From a bacterium (GTDB lineage: Bacteria > UBA8248), in the NCBI GenBank assembly GCA_965219955.1, contig OZ244799.1:3264001-3328000 (forward strand): a stretch of DNA of 64,000 nt, in the 5' to 3' direction. The position numbers were made by a program, and so were the translations under genes. Shown here piece after piece: positions 9,879 to 18,547 of the stretch (positions are counted from its first letter, which is position 1; the number at the start of each line of letters is the position of its first letter). Below the pieces are notes generated by a model. It was not told where the DNA came from, did no database searches, and saw only the letters and a program-made list of their open reading frames with translations.

Positions 9879-11543
9879 CTAATTCTTCACCGCGTCCTTG
9901 CGCCTCGGTTCGGGGAAGACGTCCTGATCGATGATCACGTCGACGACGGCGGGGCCTTCTTCCTTGAGGGCCTGCGCGTAGACGTCTTCCAGATCCTCGG
10001 GGTCTTCCACGCGGTAGCCCGCCGCGCCGAAGACGCGCGCGTATTCGTCGAACCTGGGGTTGCCGATGGCGTCGGCGATGTAGCGCCCCTCGTAGAAATG
10101 CTTCTGGTAGGCGCGCTCGGAGCCCAGGTTGAAATTGTTCAGGATGACGCAGACGGTCGGCAGGTTCTCGCGCATCGCGGTCTCGAGTTCCGCGCCGTTG
10201 CACAGGAACGCGCCGTCGCCGCTGATGGTGACGACCTTCTGACCCGGGCGCGCCAGCTTGGCTCCCAACCCCAGGGGGTAGCCGATGCCGATGGCCGCCA
10301 GATCCTGCGGCGCCACGAAACTTCTGGCTTGATCGAAGCGTTGGTATTCATACACGTAGCCTGCCGCGCTGCCCGCGTCGTTCGTGATGATGGTGTTCTC
10401 GGGCAGGACCCTGGCGAGGGCCATCTGCGCGCGCCTGGGGTCGATGGGCTTTCCGCCGTATTCCAGGGCGCGCTCGCGGTGTCTATCCTGCGCGTCGCGC
10501 ACCGCCTCGGCCTCCGCGCGCCACGCGGGGCGCGCCGTCTTCTCCCCCAGTTCGCCGAGAACGGCCCGGAGCGCCAGCCCCGCCTCCGCGTTCATCCCCA
10601 CCTCGGTGGCGAAGTTGCGGCCGATGTTGTGCGGGTCCACAGCCGCGTGAATGAGCCTGGCGCTTCCGAAGAAATCGGGGCGCAGGAACGTGGTCGAATG
10701 CGCGAGCCTGGTGCCGACGGCGAACACGACATCCGCCTTCTCGAACAGCGCGTGCGCCTCGGGCAGCGTTCCGCGCCCGATCGAACCCAGGAACAGGGGA
10801 TGCCCGTTGGGGACCACGTCGTCCCGGCCGGTGGAGGTCATGACGGGCGCGTCGAGCGCTTCGGCGAGCGCCAGCAGATCGTCGCTCGCCTCGTCCCAGA
10901 GCACGCCGCCGCCGCCGATGAGCAGGGGCCGCTCGGCGGAGGCGAGCAGCGCCGCCGCCCGCGCGACCGCCTCGGGGTCGGGAGCGAGCCGCGCACGCAC
11001 CTGATGAGCCGGAGCGCCGTTGTCCGAATACTCCGCCGTCTCGTTCAACACGTCGCGCGGCAGGTCGACGTGCACGGGGCCGGGCACGCCGGAGGTCGCC
11101 ACGTGACAGGCCTCGTTGATGACGTCGAAGGCGCGCTCGGGTTTTCTCACCTGCACCGACCATTTCACCATGGGGGCGAACATGGCGATCTGATCGAGTT
11201 CCTGGGTGGACTCGCGAAAGGTGTCCTTCATCATGGGAGCGCCGGTGATGACCAGCACCGGGCTCTGCGCCATCATCGAGTGCGCCACGCCGGTGACGAG
11301 GTTCGTGGCGCCCGGGCCGTTCGTCGCCATGCACACGCCCACCTCTCCCGTGAGCCGCGCGTAGGCGTCCGCCATGAGGGCGGCGCTTTGCTCGTGGCGC
11401 ACCGTGAGGAAGGAGATGTCCTCGCGCCCGTACATGCCGTCTAAAATCTCGATCATGCACGAACCCGCCATGCCGATGACGTGCTTCACCCCCAGTTTCG
11501 CGAGCGCATCCGCCACCGCGTGTCCAGCCGTCATGCTCACCAT
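9879..11543 (-). CDS. thiamine pyrophosphate-binding protein (acetolactate synthase / sulfoacetaldehyde acetyltransferase-like)
   Basis: RHEQSAALMADAYAR, GPGATN, PGPVHVDLPRD and GDGAF...NN TPP motif. Start placed after the AAGGAG SD. Confidence 0.88.
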   Translation of the reverse strand: MVSMTAGHAVADALAKLGVKHVIGMAGSCMIEILDGMYGREDISFLTVRHEQSAALMADAYARLTGEVGVCMATNGPGATNLVTGVAHSMMAQSPVLVITGAPMMKDTFRESTQELDQIAMFAPMVKWSVQVRKPERAFDVINEACHVATSGVPGPVHVDLPRDVLNETAEYSDNGAPAHQVRARLAPDPEAVARAAALLASAERPLLIGGGGVLWDEASDDLLALAEALDAPVMTSTGRDDVVPNGHPLFLGSIGRGTLPEAHALFEKADVVFAVGTRLAHSTTFLRPDFFGSARLIHAAVDPHNIGRNFATEVGMNAEAGLALRAVLGELGEKTARPAWRAEAEAVRDAQDRHRERALEYGGKPIDPRRAQMALARVLPENTIITNDAGSAAGYVYEYQRFDQARSFVAPQDLAAIGIGYPLGLGAKLARPGQKVVTISGDGAFLCNGAELETAMRENLPTVCVILNNFNLGSERAYQKHFYEGRYIADAIGNPRFDEYARVFGAAGYRVEDPEDLEDVYAQALKEEGPAVVDVIIDQDVFPEPRRKDAVKN

Positions 11544-11665
11544 CAATCCGGTCTCCTTGAAAGCAAAAAAAACAACCAGCAGGCGCGATCCGCCGCGCTT
11601 CATTTTTGGATGAATTCAGTCCGCAGAGATTAGGCCCGTGCGCGCGATTCGTCAAAGGCCTCGGG

Positions 11666-12394
11666 CTATCCGACGTTTCCTTTCGCGTGTATGGCGTTGG
11701 CGATGAGGTTCACCGCGTGATCCGCGTTCGCCTCGGGCCGGGCCGTCTCGGCGAAACGGTAGAAACTCTTGGTCGGCCTCAGCGAATCGCCGCCAAGCGC
11801 GCACAACTCCGCGCACAGGCGCTCGGCCTCTGAATCCAGATCGGCGTCCGGGACCACATGGTTCACCATGCCGATGCGCCTGCCCTCTTCGGCGTCGATC
11901 TCACGGCCCGTGATGACCATCTCGAAGCCGTGGCGACGGTCCAACTTTCTCGCCAGGTGGCTGATGACCACCGTGGGGGGAAACCCCTCCCTGATCTCGG
12001 GAAAGGCGATCCGCGCGGTACCGGAAGCCAGGACGATGTCCGCGCGGCTGATCAGCCCCGCCCCCGGCCCGTAGGCGCGGCCCCTCAAGGCCGCCACCGT
12101 CACGGCGGGAGAGAATTCCAGGGCGTCGTTCATCTTCACGATCCCCCGGAAGCGCTCTCTTATCACGTTCACCGGCGGGAGCCCTGCGCCGCCGCGCACG
12201 CTCTCCCTGCCCGCGCAAAAGTCCGCGCCCTCTCCGCTCAGCAGGATGACGTCGCACTCCTCGCCCGCCCGGAGCAGGGCTTCGGTGAGTTCTTCCATCA
12301 TCTCGAACGTGAGGCGGTTCGCCTCAGAGGCGCGCGCGAGCGTGACGCGGCCGAGCGTGTTTTCCTTCTCATACCGAACAGACGCCATTTTCAT
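11666..12394 (-). CDS. enoyl-CoA hydratase/isomerase family protein
   Basis: GADFCAG, AFPEIREG and ITGREIDAEEGRRIGMVNHVV motifs. Confidence 0.88.
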   Translation of the reverse strand: MKMASVRYEKENTLGRVTLARASEANRLTFEMMEELTEALLRAGEECDVILLSGEGADFCAGRESVRGGAGLPPVNVIRERFRGIVKMNDALEFSPAVTVAALRGRAYGPGAGLISRADIVLASGTARIAFPEIREGFPPTVVISHLARKLDRRHGFEMVITGREIDAEEGRRIGMVNHVVPDADLDSEAERLCAELCALGGDSLRPTKSFYRFAETARPEANADHAVNLIANAIHAKGNVG

Positions 12395-12594
12395 ACCCTC
12401 CCGTAACAGAAGCCGGATTCCGCAAACGCCCGGACATCTTCTGAAATATACCCGTTCGCCCTGAAATTGCAGGGATTATCGCCTGAAATCTTTCGAAAAG
12501 GAAAACGAAGAAGGGCTTGCAAAATTATTCGTAATTTGTTTGTATTAGAAATGTTTTATTTTCGTGAAATATATGCTGCGAGGGCCCGCTTGCC

Positions 12595-13968
12595 GTGAGC
12601 AACTTTCTTCAGGAGCAAACCGAGGCCGTCCATGAAGCCCGCGTTGAGAGCATCGCCACGGGCGGGGCGGGCGTCGCCCGCCTGGACAAGCGCGCCGTCT
12701 TCATCCCCAAGACGGCCCCCGGAGACATCGTCCGCTTCCGCGTCGCCAAAGAGAAGGGGAAACACCTGGTCGGCGAACTCGCGGAAATCATTCGCGCGGG
12801 TCCGGCGCGAACCGCGCCCCCGTGCGCCCACTGGAACGACTGCGGGGGATGCGCCCTACAGCATATCGATCCCACGGCTCAGGCGGAAGCCAAGAAACGA
12901 ATCTTTCTCGACACCCTGGCCCGCATCGGGAAAATCATTCCGGTCTTTCCCGTGTACACCATCGCGCTCCCCGAAAACGAAAAGCGCTACCGCTTGCGCG
13001 CGCGGTTTCATATACGGGGTTCGGAGATCGGCTTTTTCACCCCCGGGACGCAGCGCCCGGTCGAGATCGAGGACTGCCTGCTGGTGGAGCGGCCCATCGC
13101 CGACGCGCTCGGCCGGATCAGGCGCCTCCTCCAGTCGGAACCCAGGGCGGGGAGAGTCGAAGCCGTGGAAATGACCTCCCTCGGAGAAGAGGAGGGAGCG
13201 TCCGTGGGCCTTCATCTCCATGCGGCGGGGCGCCGGGAGCGCGGAAACTGCAGAATCGACCCCAGGACGCTGGGCGCCTGGAAGAAATTCGCCGAAGAAA
13301 ACCACTTTCTGCTGGCCACGGCAGGCAGGCGCGAGCCCGGGAAGCCGCCCCGCTGGCGGGCGTGGTACCGGCCCGATACGGAGCACCCGGATTTATGTCT
13401 GGGCGTATCGCCCGAATCCTTCATTCAGCCGAACCGCGCGCTCAACAGGCTGCTGGTGAAAAGCGTGGTCGAAGAGTGCCGGTTGAACGATGAGGCCCTC
13501 GTTCTGGACCTCTATTGCGGGGCGGGGAATTTCTCCTTCCCGCTGGCGCTCAGGGCGGGGCGCGTTCTGGGGGTCGAGGAAAACCCCCACGCCGTGGCCG
13601 ACGCGGAACTCAACCGAGAGGAGAACGGCGTCGGCAACGCGGACTTTCTCCGCCGGGGCGCTCATAAGCTCACCGAAGAGGAGGTCGTCTCGAAACTCGG
13701 AGGCCAAAAGCCCGGCGTCGTCGTGCTCGACCCGCCCCGAAAGGGCGCGCTCGAAGCGATGCCCCTGATTGCGGCGCTTGCGCCCGAGCAAGTCGTCTAC
13801 GTCTCCTGCAATCCGGCCACCTTCGCGCGCGACGCCCGTGAACTCGCGGCGAGCGGCTATCACGCCCGGGCCGCTTACGTGTTCGACATGTTCCCCCATA
13901 CAGCTCATCTGGAGATTCTTACATCGTGGACCCGGAAAGACCCTTCCGGTCCGACCCAACGATCCTGA
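12595..13968 (+). CDS. rlmD: 23S rRNA (uracil-5)-methyltransferase RlmD/RumA family
   Basis: TRAM-like N-terminus, CAHWNDCGGC Fe-S motif, DLYCGAGNF, DPPRKG, YVSCNPATFARD and DMFPHTAHLE. Confidence 0.88.
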   Translation: MSNFLQEQTEAVHEARVESIATGGAGVARLDKRAVFIPKTAPGDIVRFRVAKEKGKHLVGELAEIIRAGPARTAPPCAHWNDCGGCALQHIDPTAQAEAKKRIFLDTLARIGKIIPVFPVYTIALPENEKRYRLRARFHIRGSEIGFFTPGTQRPVEIEDCLLVERPIADALGRIRRLLQSEPRAGRVEAVEMTSLGEEEGASVGLHLHAAGRRERGNCRIDPRTLGAWKKFAEENHFLLATAGRREPGKPPRWRAWYRPDTEHPDLCLGVSPESFIQPNRALNRLLVKSVVEECRLNDEALVLDLYCGAGNFSFPLALRAGRVLGVEENPHAVADAELNREENGVGNADFLRRGAHKLTEEEVVSKLGGQKPGVVVLDPPRKGALEAMPLIAALAPEQVVYVSCNPATFARDARELAASGYHARAAYVFDMFPHTAHLEILTSWTRKDPSGPTQRS

Positions 13969-13982
13969 AAGGGAGGTCTCTC

Positions 13983-14600
13983 ATGTTCCTGACCCGCAGG
14001 CAACGAGAAATTTACGAGTTCATCAAGGAGTTCATCGGGGCGAACGGCTATGCGCCCTCCATCGTGGAGATCGGCAAGCACTTCCACCTCACCTCGCCCG
14101 CCACGGTGCACAAGCACCTGCAGAACATCGCGGAAAAAGGCCTCATCAAGAGAAGCTGGAACAGAAGCCGGGCCATCGAACTCATTCCGGGTTCCGACAC
14201 CATCGCCGCGAGCGCCGAACCGGCGCGGGTAGAACTCCCCCTGCGCGGCATGATCGCGGCCGGCATGCCGCTCGAGGCGATAGAGGACACCGAAACCATC
14301 CCCCTTCCCTGGTCTTCCGGAGACGGCAACCTCTACGTCCTCAAAGTGAAGGGCGATTCGATGATCGAAGACCACATCCGCGACGGGGACTACGTGATCG
14401 TGGAGAGCCGGAACAATGCGCTGAACGGCGAGACCGTGGTGGCGCTCGTGAACGGGGATTCCGCTACGCTCAAGCGGTTTTACCGGGAGGGCGCGCAAAT
14501 CCGGCTCCAGCCCGCGAACGAGGCGATGGCGCCCATCATGGTGAGCGAGGCGGACCTCCGTATCCAGGGCGTCGTCGTGGGCGTGCTCAGAAAGTATTGA
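13983..14600 (+). CDS. lexA: SOS repressor LexA
   Basis: LTRRQREIYEFI wHTH, IAAG cleavage site, KGDSMIEDHI (Ser) and TLKRF (Lys). GGAGG SD upstream. Confidence 0.95.
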   Translation: MFLTRRQREIYEFIKEFIGANGYAPSIVEIGKHFHLTSPATVHKHLQNIAEKGLIKRSWNRSRAIELIPGSDTIAASAEPARVELPLRGMIAAGMPLEAIEDTETIPLPWSSGDGNLYVLKVKGDSMIEDHIRDGDYVIVESRNNALNGETVVALVNGDSATLKRFYREGAQIRLQPANEAMAPIMVSEADLRIQGVVVGVLRKY

Positions 14601-14631
14601 CGCCGCCGCGTTTCGCGTGAGAGAAACGGGC

Positions 14632-15855
14632 ATGACGCAAAACCCGGAAGAGCCGGCGCCGGAGTCGCCGCGCGAGGTCAGGCTCATCGCGCACGTGGAC
14701 ATGGACGCTTTTTTCGTGTCCGTGGAGCGCATGGAACGGCCCGATCTCGAGAACCAGCCGGTGATCGTCGGCGGCAGCACGGGAAGGCGAGGCGTAGTCT
14801 CCGCCGCCTCTTACGAGGCGCGCGCGTTCGGCGTCCACTCGGCAATGCCCATGGCGAGGGCCAGGGAACTCTGCCCCCACGCCGTCTACATCCAGGCGAA
14901 CCACAAAAAATACGGAGAAGCCTCCAGGCGGGTGATGAAGGTGCTCGGAGACTTCACGCCCGCCGTACAGGCCGTCTCGGTGGATGAGGCGTATCTCGAT
15001 TTGAGCGGAACCGAACGCCTGCACGGCCCCCCGCTCCAGACGGCCGCAAGGATAAGAGAAGCCGTTTTGCGCGAAACGAACTGCTCGGCCTCCATCGGCC
15101 TGGCGTCGAGCCGCTTGGTGTCGAAAATCGCATCCGCACTCTCGAAACCCGCAGGTATCCTGCGCGTCTACCCGGGCGGGGAGGCGGCTTTTCTGCGTCC
15201 TCTCAAGGTGAGCAAAATACCGGGCGTGGGCAAGGTGATGGTCAAGAAACTGAACCGCCTGGGCATCTCGACGGTCGGCGATCTCGCCGCGCAGTCGCTG
15301 CCCTTTTTGGAGGCGCAATTCAAGAACTTAGGATCCGAACTCTACCGCAAGGCGCGGGGGATGGATGATTCCGAACTCGAACTCGAAAGCCGTCCCAAGA
15401 GCATCGGCAAGGAGACCACCTTCTCAGAAGACACCGCCGACCGCGCGAGGCTCGAAGCCATACTCACGGGCCTGGCCGAGGAGGCGAGCGCGCGCGTGCG
15501 GCGCAAGGGTCTTAATGCCAGGCACATCACCCTCAAAATCCGGTTTTCAGACTTCACGACGCTCACGCGCTCGTTCACGCTCGAGAAACCCACACACCTC
15601 GATAAGGAAATCATCGAACCCGCGCTCGACCTCCTTAGGCGCACCTGCGCGAAAGAGGGCAGGAACCGGAAATTCCGCCTGCTGGGGGTCTACCTCTCGG
15701 GACTCGACGAAGACGGTGCGCAGCCGCTTCTGTTCGAGGATACCGGACGCGAGAAAGAAGAACGCCTCGTGGAGAGTCTCGACCGCATCCGCGATCGCTT
15801 CGGCCACGAGGCCGTATTCTCACGAAAAAGCGTGGAGCGTATCAGGAAGCCCTAG
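14632..15855 (+). CDS. dinB: DNA polymerase IV (Y family)
   Basis: HVDMDAFFVSVE, SYEARAFGVHSAMP, SVDEAYLD and KSIGKETTF motifs. Confidence 0.95.
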   Translation: MTQNPEEPAPESPREVRLIAHVDMDAFFVSVERMERPDLENQPVIVGGSTGRRGVVSAASYEARAFGVHSAMPMARARELCPHAVYIQANHKKYGEASRRVMKVLGDFTPAVQAVSVDEAYLDLSGTERLHGPPLQTAARIREAVLRETNCSASIGLASSRLVSKIASALSKPAGILRVYPGGEAAFLRPLKVSKIPGVGKVMVKKLNRLGISTVGDLAAQSLPFLEAQFKNLGSELYRKARGMDDSELELESRPKSIGKETTFSEDTADRARLEAILTGLAEEASARVRRKGLNARHITLKIRFSDFTTLTRSFTLEKPTHLDKEIIEPALDLLRRTCAKEGRNRKFRLLGVYLSGLDEDGAQPLLFEDTGREKEERLVESLDRIRDRFGHEAVFSRKSVERIRKP

Positions 15856-16766
15856 AGGCGGATCAGGATCAGGATCGTCCCCAGCACCGTCATCACCGCG
15901 CCCAGGACAAGCTTGCCCGTGATGTTCTCGCTCTCTCTCAGGAACAGGTGCGACACCATGATAACCAGAAGGGGTTGAACCGACGTGATGGAGGTAACGC
16001 CCACCGCATAGGTGCGCGCCATGGCGTTGCTGAACGAGGGCACCGCTATCGTCTGGCAGACGGCGGCGGTGAGCATCCACTTCCAGCTCGCCCGGGGGAT
16101 TTTCTCCCCCGCCTCCCTGTGAGCGAAGCCGACCGCCAGCACCCAGGCGAAGCCAAGCCCTATCCAGATGAGCAGCGCCGATGCGGCCAGGGCGTTCATG
16201 TCGAGCGTGATGGTCCGCACCATGACGCCGGACACGCTCCAGTTCAGCGTGGTCAGGCCCGCCGAGATGTAGCCCTTGACGACGTCCTTTCGCGTGTGGC
16301 CCAACTCGAGGTTCGGCTGCGCGGGCGCTGAGCGCACCACCATGTTGAGTCCCACGATGAGGCAACCAAGCCCCATGATGATGAGAATCGTGAACGGCTC
16401 GCCCAGGAAGATGGTCGCCAGAAGCGCGGTGACGGCGGGCGTGCTCGCTGCGATGGGAATGGTGCGGCTCGGCCCGATGCGCCGGATGGCGTAATAGTAG
16501 GTGAGCCGCGAGATGGTGATCATGAAAAAGGCGGTGATCGGCAACAGTATCCAGGTTCTCGTCGACCCGGGATGAAAGGCCGAAGCCGGAAGTGCGAAGT
16601 AGATCAGAACGGAGACGAAGACGCCGTTCATCGTCGACATGGCCGCCGTCGTCCTCAAAAGCGGCGCGTTCTTCATCGCCAGTCGCACGCAAAAGGAGAG
16701 GCTCGTCCAGCTCAGGAGCGCCGAGGTGGCGAACAGCAGGCCCACGACATGGGTAGACAGGTTCAT
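15852..16766 (-). CDS. DMT/EamA family transporter
   Basis: Two repeats of about 5 TM segments, with AIRRIGPSR...P and FLGE / FLRE motifs. Confidence 0.85.
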   Translation of the reverse strand: MNLSTHVVGLLFATSALLSWTSLSFCVRLAMKNAPLLRTTAAMSTMNGVFVSVLIYFALPASAFHPGSTRTWILLPITAFFMITISRLTYYYAIRRIGPSRTIPIAASTPAVTALLATIFLGEPFTILIIMGLGCLIVGLNMVVRSAPAQPNLELGHTRKDVVKGYISAGLTTLNWSVSGVMVRTITLDMNALAASALLIWIGLGFAWVLAVGFAHREAGEKIPRASWKWMLTAAVCQTIAVPSFSNAMARTYAVGVTSITSVQPLLVIMVSHLFLRESENITGKLVLGAVMTVLGTILILIRL

Positions 16767-16806
16767 AACCGCTTTCCGGCGTTCGTTAAGACTTTCCGAA
16801 CGGCCG

Positions 16807-17265
16807 CTATTCGGGCCGCTTCAGCGTCCAGTTGTCCGCAACGCGCGTCGCCGCGCTCATGAACAGGTACAGAATGCAGCCCGCGCGAAACTTCTCCTTC
16901 ACCTCTTCGAGTTCCTCTTCCGAACCCGTCGACGTCACCTCTATCTCAAGCTCCACGCCGGTGACGCCCCCGTTCTCCGCGTGCGGGTCGCCGGGCGCGA
17001 ACCGCTCCATGGTGAGCCTTCCCTCGATCGCGCAGTCATCGAGCGGCATGCCGACCTCTTTTGCGAACAACTCCACGTGCGCGGCGCCGCAGCCCGTCAG
17101 TGCGCCGAGCATGTACTCGGCGGGGGTGGGATGCTCGAACAGCCCGCCGCGCTCCACGGGTTCGTCACTCGAGAACTCCGGGCAATCGCGCGCCTGTATC
17201 CGCGCGCGCAACTCCCCCGCCCATTGCGCGTTCGCCACACGGGTGATGGTATTCCGCTCGTCCAT
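16807..17265 (-). CDS. OsmC family protein
   Basis: DEPVERGG...PTPAEYMLGALTGC plus a second Cys (GCIL). Confidence 0.85.
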   Translation of the reverse strand: MDERNTITRVANAQWAGELRARIQARDCPEFSSDEPVERGGLFEHPTPAEYMLGALTGCGAAHVELFAKEVGMPLDDCAIEGRLTMERFAPGDPHAENGGVTGVELEIEVTSTGSEEELEEVKEKFRAGCILYLFMSAATRVADNWTLKRPE

Positions 17266-17362
17266 GCCGCCGTCCTCTTCAGATAAGATGGAATCCGCGG
17301 GTAGCCTACTACATCGCTCCCCCGCCGCGCCATGCGGACAGGGCGAAACCGCAAAGCCCTCA

Positions 17363-18547
17363 TCACTCCTCCATCGCGCTCAGGACGGCGGATATGAACC
17401 CCAGAAAACGCGCGCCCTCCAGAATCTGCGCGAAAGAAAAGAGGTCCGCCTCGATACCCACGTGGCGAAAACCACCGAAGACGAAGACCGTGGCGGATTC
17501 GCGTGAGGCCTCCCGCGCGCGATTCGCCAGCAGGATGCTCTCGGACGCCGGGATGAAGGGGTCCGCGCGCCCGTGCAGAAAATATTTTTTCCCCCCGGCA
17601 TCGCGAACGACTTCGCGCATCCCCCATTCCCGCAGGCGCTCTCGTTGCGCGGCCCCTTGCCGCGCATAAAGCGCCTCGAAGCGCTCCGGGGATTTGTTCT
17701 CCATCAAGGCGATGATCGCGCGCGCACCCTCGGGCAAGCCCGCGAGCAAATCGCCGACCTCCGCCGCCTCGTCCCGCCGCTTTCTCGAAACGATGGCCTC
17801 GACCCGATCCCGATGGGCGTCCAGGCCCAGGAGTTTCGTGTTGTAGCGCAGGAAGAGCCATTTCCCGTGGCGGATGGGCAGCCCTCCCGGGAAAGCGGGC
17901 CGGTTCTGGCCGCCGCTCGTGGTGAGGTGTTTCAGCACGTTCTTGAGATCGTAATAGGCGCCCACGCCGATGAACGCGGCCACCTTTTCCCGCACCGCAG
18001 GCCTCGCCGCCGCGCGAAGGGCCGGGCCCGCCGCGAACGAAAACGCCAGAAGGCTGCACCTTTGGGAAAAACCCGCGCCGGGCCGCGTCATCCACGAGAA
18101 TGCCTTCGCGATGCGCCGGGCATCCGCTTCTTCCGGGCGAAACCGCCTCATGCCGGGAAGGTCGGGGACGAGCGCCGCAAACCCGAGCCTCGCGAGCGAC
18201 CCCGCGAACGCTATCAGCCGATGGTCCGCCTTGCCCATCGTGGTCATTCCGTGCACGAGGACGACGCACCCGCGCGCGGGCGCATCGCCCCAGCCGGGGG
18301 AATCACGCGGCGAATAGGAATCCGCCAGAACGCCGTCGAGCGAAATTTCGGTTCTCAGCGGCTTTTTCGTGAGCAGCGAGAGCCAGCCGCCGCTCCGCAC
18401 GTCGATCATCCCCTGGGCCATGAGGAAAGAATCCACAGGGTGGCGAAGGCTCGAATTAAAACGCGATGCGACGAGCAACAGACCCAGGAGAAACGAAGCG
18501 AACAGCGCAAGGCTCCGGAGCGTGACGAGGCGTCTTAAGATGTTCAG
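17363..18547 (-). CDS. membrane-anchored alpha/beta-hydrolase-fold protein
   Basis: VVLVHGMT, AFSFAAG (Ser elbow), LHGRADPFIP (Asp) and FRHV (His). The frame extends upstream of TTG 18478 to a CTG overlapping the uvrA stop, adding a signal anchor ([25 protein letters not shown]). Confidence 0.72.
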   Translation of the reverse strand: MNILRRLVTLRSLALFASFLLGLLLVASRFNSSLRHPVDSFLMAQGMIDVRSGGWLSLLTKKPLRTEISLDGVLADSYSPRDSPGWGDAPARGCVVLVHGMTTMGKADHRLIAFAGSLARLGFAALVPDLPGMRRFRPEEADARRIAKAFSWMTRPGAGFSQRCSLLAFSFAAGPALRAAARPAVREKVAAFIGVGAYYDLKNVLKHLTTSGGQNRPAFPGGLPIRHGKWLFLRYNTKLLGLDAHRDRVEAIVSRKRRDEAAEVGDLLAGLPEGARAIIALMENKSPERFEALYARQGAAQRERLREWGMREVVRDAGGKKYFLHGRADPFIPASESILLANRAREASRESATVFVFGGFRHVGIEADLFSFAQILEGARFLGFISAVLSAMEE

